In this document: positions 44,225 through 51,781 of the stretch, piece after piece
How positions within the stretch are numbered: the first letter of the stretch is position 1
Layout of the letters: every line of letters begins with the position of its first letter
Assembly: GCA_003854995.1 (NCBI GenBank)
Contig: RQOI01000640.1
Coordinates: 1-51,781, forward strand
Direction of reading: 5' to 3'
DNA length: 51,781 nt
Source: Candidatus Zhuqueibacterota bacterium
Lineage (GTDB): Bacteria > Zhuqueibacterota > Zhuqueibacteria > Residuimicrobiales > Krinioviventaceae
Position numbers and translations under genes: made by a program
Notes under the pieces: model-generated
Database searches by the model: none
What the model was told of the DNA's origin: nothing
What the model saw: the letters and a program-made list of their open reading frames with translations, nothing else

Positions 44225-45571
44225 ATGAACTTAAACAAATCATTACTCATTGCTTTCGGTTTTCTCCTCTCCATCGAACAGGGATTCACCCTTGTTCTTG
44301 GCGTGCTCAGCAGCGGCGTCGCTCGCGGCGCCGATGTTCTCATGCCGGTTGATGTGGCAATGTACAGTCTTTTTCTGTTCAAACCGGCAAAGCCGGTGCC
44401 GATAAAGTATAGGGGCTTGTACGTATTCGCCATCACGCTTGGCGTTCTTTTTTTGTTCTGGTCGTTCATCGGTGAGTTTTTCGCGGTCGAAAGCGCTGAC
44501 TTTCGATTTGGCATTGTCCACCTGACTCGCTCCATCCTCATCTATCTCTGCATTTTGACTCGCGTCAGCACCAAGCAGGATATCGTTGATTTAACTCTGG
44601 GTATTCTCTTTGGTCTTGCTTTTGAGGCTGTCATCGGATTTTGGCAATGGCAATTTGGCCCGGTCTTTTTGCCTTTTTTGAACATCGTCAATGATTGGCG
44701 CGCCACCGGCACCTTGAAAGTAGGAAACGCTTTTGGCTGCTATCTGGCGCTGCTGACGCCCATAGCTATTCGTATGGCCTTGTTCACCCGCATCAAACCC
44801 AAGTGGCTCTGGTACACGATATCTGCCCTCTCGCTTGGCGCCCTTCTGGCCACCTACTCCAGAGGCGCATGGTTCGCTTTCACAGCGTCCATGGTGTTTT
44901 TTTTCACCCTGGATATTTTCAGGAAAAAACTCACGCCCCGTCAGATTGAGTGGCTTATCGTGGTCTTTGTCGTGGCAGTGACATTTACTTCCATAAAATA
45001 TGGACATGTCATCACCGGCCGCATGGCAAATTCAAGAGAAGCCTTGGTGAGCGAAAAAAAACACAGCCGATTGGGATTTGCCCAGGACGCTCTCAGAATT
45101 ATCAAGCGATACCCGATCACCGGCGTCGGTCTGGAAAACTATCGCTATCATGCGGATAAAGAGATCCAGGGCACGCGAATCGTGCACAATGCCTACCTGT
45201 TGATCGCAGCGCAACAGGGACTTCCTGGCCTGGCGATATTCATTCTGCTCAATTTCACAATTTTCATTTATGGCTTTAAAATTAGAAATTCTCAGGATGT
45301 CGTACTCTATCATCTGGGTATGGCGGCGATGACCGGCATGTTTGCTCTTTTCATTTATCACCTCGCGGCGCCCGACTATCGGTTGGTGATCATCAATATG
45401 CACCACTGGCGGGCGCTTGCCGTGATTGTGGCGTTCTTGATCGCTGATGAACGAATCCGTTCAAGTCGGGAGCAGATGTTATTGCGCAAAAAGAGACAGA
45501 ATAGTCGTGCGCTCAAATCTTCACTCGAAACCGAAGGTCAGCAGGATGAAGCAGCTTTACAAAAATATTAG
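44225..45571 (+). CDS. O-antigen ligase/polymerase family membrane protein (Wzy_C domain)
   Basis: It has 10-12 TM segments. Motifs LATYSRGAWFAFTASMVFFF, the periplasmic loop GVGLENYRYH, and HNAYLLIAAQQGLPGLAIFI are typical Wzy_C signatures. Confidence 0.8.
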   Translation: MNLNKSLLIAFGFLLSIEQGFTLVLGVLSSGVARGADVLMPVDVAMYSLFLFKPAKPVPIKYRGLYVFAITLGVLFLFWSFIGEFFAVESADFRFGIVHLTRSILIYLCILTRVSTKQDIVDLTLGILFGLAFEAVIGFWQWQFGPVFLPFLNIVNDWRATGTLKVGNAFGCYLALLTPIAIRMALFTRIKPKWLWYTISALSLGALLATYSRGAWFAFTASMVFFFTLDIFRKKLTPRQIEWLIVVFVVAVTFTSIKYGHVITGRMANSREALVSEKKHSRLGFAQDALRIIKRYPITGVGLENYRYHADKEIQGTRIVHNAYLLIAAQQGLPGLAIFILLNFTIFIYGFKIRNSQDVVLYHLGMAAMTGMFALFIYHLAAPDYRLVIINMHHWRALAVIVAFLIADERIRSSREQMLLRKKRQNSRALKSSLETEGQQDEAALQKY

Positions 45572-46985
45572 CTACACCGGCCTGCACCAGTTCATTGTCA
45601 TTGGATTGGCCTTCATCCTCGTGCCTGTGGCGACGCGACAGCTTGGCGCCAACGATTACGGCATCTATACGGTAGCAACCACGATCGGTTTTTTTGTGAG
45701 TCTGTTTGCGGATTTGGGCACTTCAACCATTCTGACTCGGGAAATTTCCAAGCGACCCAAACTGGCAGGAAAATTTTTCGCGCGCGTGCTCAGCATCAAA
45801 CTGCTCCTCACCGTCTTGGCCGTTGCCCTTCTGTTGATCTATTTGAGTCTCGCGAACTATACTGAGAAGCAAACGCATGTCATACTTGTTTTTTGCATCG
45901 CGGCTGTACTCGGCTCTTTTTCCACAGCGGCGTTCGGTGTGTTTCGCGGCGCAGAAAAAATGCAATACGAGGCCATCGGCGTCTCACTTGACAAATTCAT
46001 CTCCGTCATCATCGGCATCACAATTTTGCTATACGGTTTGGGAGTCGAGTATTTTATCTGGTCTTTTGTGGTCTCTAGCGTCATGCTGTTCATTTTTTCA
46101 TTTTGGACATTGTATCATAAATTTATCACCTTTGAGCTGAAATGGCATCAACGGCAGTCAAAGACGATTCTATACATTTCGATCTATCTCGGGATCTCTG
46201 CGTTCTTATCCATGGTCTATAATTATCAGGATATTTTGATGTTATCCAAAATGGGCACCATGCAGGATATCGGCTATTATTCTGCTGCCCATCGCGTGCT
46301 GATGGTGACGCGAATATTCCCGACGATCCTGGCCACGGCCTTTCTGCCGCAGCTTTCCGCGCATCATGCGGATAAAAACAGGCTCGCCGATTTTTTTTCT
46401 CAAGGCGTCAGCTATCTGTTTTTAATCATTTTTCCCTTGATACCCGCCACTGTTCTATTGGCTGATCCAATCATTCAATTTATTTGCGGCATCGACTTCA
46501 TCCCCGCAGCAGACGCCCTGCGAATTCTCGCCTTTGCTGTGACAGCACAAATAATGAACATATTTTTTGTGCCCCTCTATGTCGCCACAAATAACGAAAA
46601 AAAGATCGTTCACTTTCAGATTATCGGCCTCATCGTCAATGTCGTCTTGAATGTGCTTCTCATACCACTTTTGTCATTCAACGGCGCTGCACTGGCGACA
46701 GTGGCGACCGAAGCCATAATCTTTATTTTCATCTATTCGTGGATTCGACACAAAATCGGCGTCCGTCTGTTTCCGCCGGCGATGTTTGGCTTGAAAGTCC
46801 TGCTCAACACACTGCTCATGATGACAGTCGTTTTTTTCGCCTACGCAGCTCATTTTCATATACTGGTGATCGTCATGGCCGGCGTCATCACTTTTGCCCT
46901 CGCGCTGGAATTGACAAATACCTTGAAATTCAGCCGCTTTTTTCGAATGGCGCGTGAGCTCGCCGGGCGAGCCGCTGTGAATTGA
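45546..46985 (+). CDS. wzx: Second Wzx-type flippase (MOP superfamily, Polysacc_synt/Polysacc_synt_C-like)
   Basis: ORF 45447..46985 trimmed to MKQLYKNISYTGLHQFIVIGLAFILVPVATRQLGANDYGIYTVA (ATG at 45546). It overlaps the end of the Wzy-like gene by 26 nt. It has about 14 TM segments. Confidence 0.8.
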   Translation: MKQLYKNISYTGLHQFIVIGLAFILVPVATRQLGANDYGIYTVATTIGFFVSLFADLGTSTILTREISKRPKLAGKFFARVLSIKLLLTVLAVALLLIYLSLANYTEKQTHVILVFCIAAVLGSFSTAAFGVFRGAEKMQYEAIGVSLDKFISVIIGITILLYGLGVEYFIWSFVVSSVMLFIFSFWTLYHKFITFELKWHQRQSKTILYISIYLGISAFLSMVYNYQDILMLSKMGTMQDIGYYSAAHRVLMVTRIFPTILATAFLPQLSAHHADKNRLADFFSQGVSYLFLIIFPLIPATVLLADPIIQFICGIDFIPAADALRILAFAVTAQIMNIFFVPLYVATNNEKKIVHFQIIGLIVNVVLNVLLIPLLSFNGAALATVATEAIIFIFIYSWIRHKIGVRLFPPAMFGLKVLLNTLLMMTVVFFAYAAHFHILVIVMAGVITFALALELTNTLKFSRFFRMARELAGRAAVN

Positions 46986-47020
46986 TCGGGGCGCCGACAA
47001 GCCATGTCTCAAGAAAAACG

Positions 47021-47812
47021 ATGAGGAAATGTGTGACAGAAGAAGAAAAAATACTAAAGTTGCGCGACTTTTACGAGCGCGAGAGCGCGCTCGTAACCTC
47101 ACCCTTCATCGATGATAAGCTGCAATTGAATCGCGACCTGTTCAAACAGGTCAGCCGTTCTTTGAGTATGTCATTCAATGGCAAGATAGTGCTCGACATC
47201 GGATGTGGTTCGGGCTTACTCGCTGCATTTTTCCATGATCACAAATTCTATGTCGGAATGGATCTCAACGTGCGTGACAGTTTCAAGATCATGCGGGACG
47301 AATCACATCATTATGCACAGGCGAACGCCCTGCAGTTGCCGGTTGCCGACAACAGCATCGACGTGGCCATTTGTATGGACAGTTTTGAACATTTTCCGGA
47401 TCAACCGACAGCTGCAAAAGAGATCAAGCGCGTCTTGAAACCGGGTGGCTTTGTCTTTTTATCAACCCCGAATTACGCCAACATCGCCGGCATCGTCAAA
47501 TCCTGCTGCGAAACCTTTGGTCGTTATGAAAAGAATACCTGGGCGCCGTTTGACTACTGGAGGGCTGAAGAGCTGGAGCACTTTATGACGCCGCGGCGCC
47601 TGCGCCAGGTATTCGGCAGTGCAGGATTCAGCACATTTGCGCGCATCGGATTCGATCGCGAAGTTGTCGTCGGATTGTTCCCGTGGGTGTGGCATCCCAA
47701 AATGCCCGGCATCGTTGCCAGCGCCCTTTCGAAAGGCATGTCAGTGGTGGCAAAGCCAATTTGCCGGGTATGGCCGGAGAGCAGCCTGCATACCTTCTGG
47801 CGTATCGAGTGA
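47021..47812 (+). CDS. Class I SAM-dependent methyltransferase
   Basis: Motif I VLDIGCGSGLLAAFF, the post-I acidic residue in VGMDLN, and LKPGGFVFLSTPN. I prefer the ATG at 47021 over the TTG at 46982. Confidence 0.8.
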   Translation: MRKCVTEEEKILKLRDFYERESALVTSPFIDDKLQLNRDLFKQVSRSLSMSFNGKIVLDIGCGSGLLAAFFHDHKFYVGMDLNVRDSFKIMRDESHHYAQANALQLPVADNSIDVAICMDSFEHFPDQPTAAKEIKRVLKPGGFVFLSTPNYANIAGIVKSCCETFGRYEKNTWAPFDYWRAEELEHFMTPRRLRQVFGSAGFSTFARIGFDREVVVGLFPWVWHPKMPGIVASALSKGMSVVAKPICRVWPESSLHTFWRIE

Positions 47813-47913
47813 CCTGAGGAGAGAAGAGAGCAGCGAGTCTGCGACAGGATCGAACATGCTGCCATGCGAAAAGCGAAATTTGTCCCTGCTTGCGCCCGCT
47901 CGTTCATTTGCTT

Positions 47914-49113
47914 ATGAAATTCAGTTATCTCAATTATATGGCCGACCTCTATGGCTATTCCATTGGTTCGACGATCAAGGCGTTGAAGCTTTTGCATAAT
48001 CTCGAACTCTTTGGCCATGCAGTTGCGTTTCACTGGCTCGGCGGGGATCGCCCGCATGCATCGACAGCCGCACCGGCCAATTCCTCTGCGCGATCATTCT
48101 TTCGTGACCTGTTTTTCACGCCTGGCCAGCTTTTACGAAATGTGCGGCAGTTTTTCCGTGAACAACAATTGATCAAACAGGATCATCCGGATGCGCTGAT
48201 TGTGAGATTGGATGCATTTCGACTGTCCGCACTCTGGCTCGCTCGCCTGTATCGTTTACCACTAATTGTCGAGGCGGATGGCGCCTGTTCTTACGAATGG
48301 CTCACCTTCAATAACGGCCGCCATTTGTGGGATTCTGCGCTGCTTTGGTGTGAGAGATTAATGCTCAAGGGCGCGAACGGCATTTTCACCCAATCGAAAA
48401 TCGCCAAAGACTATTACACAAAAATGCACGGTCTTGATCCGGATAGCATTACTGTCATTACAAACGGCGCCGATCCATATCCCGACATCGAAGCGGGGAC
48501 GTCTGTCCGGGCCAGGCTCGGCATCTCGCAGGATGCGCAGGTCATTGGCTTTATTGGATCCATGCAGCGATGGCATGGGCTGCAGGATATGCGCAGTCTT
48601 GTCGACGATCTTCTTGCCAGTGACAAAAATGTTCTGTTTTTATTTGTCGGCAGCGGTGGCGCGCTGGAAAAAGAGCTGCGTGAGAGCCTGCAGCATGGCG
48701 GCCGCCGCATCATCTTCACCGGCGCGGTGCCGAACGATCAGGTGGCCGCCTATGTGCGCGCTTTCACCATCGCGGTGGCGCCTTATCCGCCCATCGACCT
48801 GTTCTACTTTTCGCCGATGAAGATATTCGAGTACATGTCCGCCGGGGTGCCGATCGTCGCATCCAGGAGTGGCCAGATATCAGATATTCTCCGCGACGGC
48901 GAGAGCGCCCTCTTGTATGAACCGGGAGATTACGCGCAGTTGAAGACGGCCCTCATTCGACTGGTCAGAGATGTCGACCTGCGGACGCGAATTGCGGATA
49001 ATGCTCGTGCACTATTCGGCAGAGAGCATACATGGCAGCACAAGGCGAAGGAACTGGACGATTTCCTGAGCCACTGCCTGCATATGAAAGATGAACCGGA
49101 GAGAAAAGTATGA
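47914..49113 (+). CDS. GT4 glycosyltransferase
   Basis: ATG at 47914 (MKFSYLNYMADLYGYSIG). C-terminal region FSPMKIFEYMSAGVPIVASRSGQISDILRDGESALLYEPGD. Confidence 0.8.
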   Translation: MKFSYLNYMADLYGYSIGSTIKALKLLHNLELFGHAVAFHWLGGDRPHASTAAPANSSARSFFRDLFFTPGQLLRNVRQFFREQQLIKQDHPDALIVRLDAFRLSALWLARLYRLPLIVEADGACSYEWLTFNNGRHLWDSALLWCERLMLKGANGIFTQSKIAKDYYTKMHGLDPDSITVITNGADPYPDIEAGTSVRARLGISQDAQVIGFIGSMQRWHGLQDMRSLVDDLLASDKNVLFLFVGSGGALEKELRESLQHGGRRIIFTGAVPNDQVAAYVRAFTIAVAPYPPIDLFYFSPMKIFEYMSAGVPIVASRSGQISDILRDGESALLYEPGDYAQLKTALIRLVRDVDLRTRIADNARALFGREHTWQHKAKELDDFLSHCLHMKDEPERKV

Positions 49114-50222
49114 AAATCAAGGTGCTGCAGCTTGTAGAGGGATTTAATTTTGGCGGGGCGGAGACCAAGCTGCTCGAACTGGTCAAGCATATGGATGACG
49201 ACCGGTTTGAAACGACGGTCATCAGCCTTGGCCTCGGCAATGAAATCGAGGAGCTGTTTCATCAACTTGACTGTCGGGTGATGACCTTCCAGAGGCAAAA
49301 GCAGGTGGATTTCAGCCTGCTGCGCCGCGTCCGCAATTTTATCCGCGACGAACGCATCGATATTGTCATGACGACGCTTTTTTACGCCGATGTCCTGGGC
49401 GCCCTGGCCGGTCATAGCAGCGGCGCCAAGGGTGTGTTCTCATGGGAGACGATCTCGTCACCCAAGTGGCTTACGCCGCACCGCCTCTGGTCATATCGTT
49501 ATGCCATTCGCAATGCGGACAGGGTCATTTCTGTTTCAAAAGCCACTGCGGAATGGCTGGTGGAAAAACGCAAGGTGGCGGCAGATAAGGTCATGATCAT
49601 CCCGTATGGCGTCAATCTCGACAAGTTCAATCCGCATATTAAATCCATCCAAAGAAAAGATATTGGTCTGCAAGAGGACGATATTATCGTCGGTCAAGTT
49701 TCTCGCCTCGATGAGCAAAAGGGCCACACCTTTCTGATCAATGCTGCGCCAATCATCATTGCGCAACAGCCACGCGTGAAATTTGTCCTCGTCGGTGACG
49801 GCCCGCTGCGATTAGAGCTGATGCATAAAATTGATCAGATGGGCTTGCACGACTATTTCATTTTTCTTGGATTCCGACGCGATGTGCCCGATTTGCTGCC
49901 GCTATTTGATCTGTTCGTGCTGCCGTCGCTGTACGAAGGCCTCCCCAATGTCGTCCTCGAAGCCATGGCTTGCGGATTGCCAGTTGTCGCGACGCCCGTC
50001 GATGGCACGAAAGAGGCGGTCGTGGATGGCCAAACAGGCATTCTGGTTCCCGTTGGTGATCCATATCGGCTCGCGAACAGTATTCTCAGTGTCATCAGCA
50101 ATGAGCAGCTAAAAAAGCGGCTGGGCATGAAGGGTCGACGTCGCGTTGAAGACGAGTTCTCGCTGGATGACCAGGTTAATAGATTTGAATGTCTGTACGA
50201 GGCGTATGCATTCCGAAACTAA
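49110..50222 (+). CDS. GT4 glycosyltransferase
   Basis: ATGA overlap with the upstream gene. MKIKVLQLVEGFNFGGAE, SRLDEQKGHTFLI and YEGLPNVVLEAMACGLPVVATPVDGTKEAVVDGQTGILVP. Confidence 0.85.
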   Translation: MKIKVLQLVEGFNFGGAETKLLELVKHMDDDRFETTVISLGLGNEIEELFHQLDCRVMTFQRQKQVDFSLLRRVRNFIRDERIDIVMTTLFYADVLGALAGHSSGAKGVFSWETISSPKWLTPHRLWSYRYAIRNADRVISVSKATAEWLVEKRKVAADKVMIIPYGVNLDKFNPHIKSIQRKDIGLQEDDIIVGQVSRLDEQKGHTFLINAAPIIIAQQPRVKFVLVGDGPLRLELMHKIDQMGLHDYFIFLGFRRDVPDLLPLFDLFVLPSLYEGLPNVVLEAMACGLPVVATPVDGTKEAVVDGQTGILVPVGDPYRLANSILSVISNEQLKKRLGMKGRRRVEDEFSLDDQVNRFECLYEAYAFRN

Positions 50223-50231
50223 AGATGGCAT

Positions 50232-51512
50232 ATGAAAATTTTAATGGTTCACAAGTTCTATTATGTCGAGGGTGGCGCAGAGCGATACGTCTTTAACGTG
50301 ACCGATCTGATGAAAGAAAAAGGACACACCGTCATTCCTTTTGCCATGCGCGATGACAGAAATTTCAGCTCTGATTATAGCCGCTTTTTTGCCGATCCGT
50401 TTGGCCCGGAACAGCTGTTTGCCACCCATGATCCGTTCAAACGCCTGCGCATTGCCAGGGATGTGATATTCAATCGGCATGCCCAGGCGAGGCTGGCCAG
50501 CTTGATCGAAGAGACAAAGCCGGACATCGCACACGTCCATTCTGTCTATCACCATTTATCGCCTTCGGTTCTATTCACTCTGAAAAAGTACAATCTGCCT
50601 GTGATGCTCACGCTGCATGACTACAAGATCGTCTGTCCCAACTATATTTTTCTCGACGGCGCTCGCCAGGTTTGCGAGGAGTGTCGTGGCAGACATTTCT
50701 GGAAGGCGACGGCGAAAAAATGTTTCCGCAACTCTTACGCTGCCAGCGCCCTGGTGACCGCCGAAGCCTATTGGAATTATTGGAAAAAGAGCTATCTCAA
50801 GAACGTCGATCTGTTTGTCTCACCCAGCCGCTTCCTGGCCGACAAGGTCTGCCAGTATGGCTATCAAAAAAAACATGTCAAGGTTCAACCCTATACGCTG
50901 GACCTCCGCCTGTACGAACCTTGCCATGCGGCGTCCGACTATTTCGTCTTCATGGGCCGTCTCACCCACGAGAAAGGCGTTCATTTTCTGCTCGATGCGG
51001 CGAAGAAAATCCGCGGCGCAGATTTGCTCATTCTGGGCGCCGGGCCCATCGAAAACGAATTGCGACAACGCGTGCTGAAAGAAAATCTACGGCATGTGAA
51101 AATGGTCGGCTATCAATCCGGTGCTGCATTGCGCGACCTGGTTCGTCAGGCCAAATTTACGGTCGTCACTTCTGAATGGTACGACAATTCGCCGCTCGTC
51201 ATCTATGAATCATTAGCTCTTGGCAATCCAGTCATCGCAGCCCGCATGGGAGGCATCCCCGAGCTCATCGAAGAAGGCCTTGACGGCTTTGTCTACGATC
51301 GAGGCGATCTCGAATCATTTGTCGCATTCGCCAACTATCTCATTCAAAATCCGAAAAGGGCGAGAGAGATGGGCATCAATGCCCGCCAGAAAGCAGAGCG
51401 TTTGTACGGCTTTGACCAACATTATGAAAAGCTGCTTGATCTTTATAACCATACCAGCGCCGTTGCCAGCAAGAACTCTCGCTTGCCCAAGGACGACTTA
51501 CCTTTACGCTAA
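50232..51512 (+). CDS. GT4 glycosyltransferase
   Basis: MKILMVHKFYYVEGGAERYVF, GRLTHEKGVHFLL and WYDNSPLVIYESLALGNPVIAARMGGIPELIEEGLDGFVY. Confidence 0.85.
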   Translation: MKILMVHKFYYVEGGAERYVFNVTDLMKEKGHTVIPFAMRDDRNFSSDYSRFFADPFGPEQLFATHDPFKRLRIARDVIFNRHAQARLASLIEETKPDIAHVHSVYHHLSPSVLFTLKKYNLPVMLTLHDYKIVCPNYIFLDGARQVCEECRGRHFWKATAKKCFRNSYAASALVTAEAYWNYWKKSYLKNVDLFVSPSRFLADKVCQYGYQKKHVKVQPYTLDLRLYEPCHAASDYFVFMGRLTHEKGVHFLLDAAKKIRGADLLILGAGPIENELRQRVLKENLRHVKMVGYQSGAALRDLVRQAKFTVVTSEWYDNSPLVIYESLALGNPVIAARMGGIPELIEEGLDGFVYDRGDLESFVAFANYLIQNPKRAREMGINARQKAERLYGFDQHYEKLLDLYNHTSAVASKNSRLPKDDLPLR

Positions 51513-51781
51513 ACAAATTTCCTCGTATCTCCTTTCGATATTTTTCATCCCGAATAGCCAAAGTCACAGTTGACCGCCTCACCTCATCGCTGGAATAAAA
51601 ACATATACCTGTGGCACAGTGTTTGTCCTATTAGGCCAGAAATAGATAAATGTCTATGGAAATTAAGCAGTTAACTCATTCTATCAAAAGCTGAAATTAT
51701 ACCAGCATGAAACATAACTCGTCAGTTGTTTTTTGCTGAGACAAAAGATTATAATTGGAGGTTGGACGCCATGAAGGTGAA

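Noticed and set aside
51771-51781. ATG preceded by GGAGG at the right edge, a possible start of the next gene
   Set aside because: Only 11 nt of coding sequence are inside the window, so nothing can be said about it.
1-51781. tRNA, rRNA, transposase/integrase, prophage or defence-system genes
   Set aside because: I scanned all intergenic spacers longer than 70 nt for tRNA T-loop-like GGTTCGAAT/GTTCAAAT contexts, and scanned all ORF products for recombinase, nuclease or ATPase defence signatures. None were found. This is a by-eye result and does not replace tRNAscan, Infernal or defence-finder runs.

Overview
Densely coding 51.8-kb window with about 40 genes. By eye I found no rRNA, tRNA, CRISPR array, transposase or integrase. 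Two encoded proteins end in T9SS-type C-terminal sorting domains, yet most genes have clear Shine-Dalgarno sites. This suggests an uncultured member of the FCB-superphylum periphery rather than classical Bacteroidetes (inference). LEFT PART (1-23.6 kb, almost all minus strand) is a glycan-degradation and sugar-catabolism island followed by two housekeeping genes. It encodes a Tat-exported DegT-type aminotransferase, a GH29 alpha-L-fucosidase, a FucP-type permease, a RhaM-type mutarotase and a UxaE-like epimerase. It also encodes a DUF4380-like lipoprotein, two paralogous small beta-barrel-like proteins, and GH140-like, GH97 and GH106-like hydrolases. A small protein built from nine in-frame 27-nt tandem repeats and an orphan beta-barrel-like protein are interspersed. 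The two housekeeping genes are gcvP and a DHH phosphoesterase. RIGHT PART (23.8-51.5 kb, all plus strand) starts with two T9SS cargo proteins. After a 440-nt non-coding region comes a 24-kb, tightly overlapping glycan-assembly supercluster. It contains a YdjM-type membrane hydrolase, three tandem polyprenyl-phosphate-sugar-synthase-type GT2 genes (the middle one lacks the DXD motif) and seven GT-B/GT4 glycosyltransferases. It also contains three multi-TM GT-C (ArnT/PMT-like) transferases, a YdjC/NaxD-type deacetylase, two Wzx flippases, a Wzy/O-antigen-ligase-family protein, an SDR epimerase/dehydratase and a SAM methyltransferase. The most interesting candidate is this hybrid of a Wzx/Wzy pathway with three lipid-linked-monosaccharide (GT2 plus GT-C) periplasmic glycosylation modules. 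No priming phosphoglycosyltransferase, chain-length regulator or exporter is visible in the window. All family calls rest on motifs read by eye. No searches were run.
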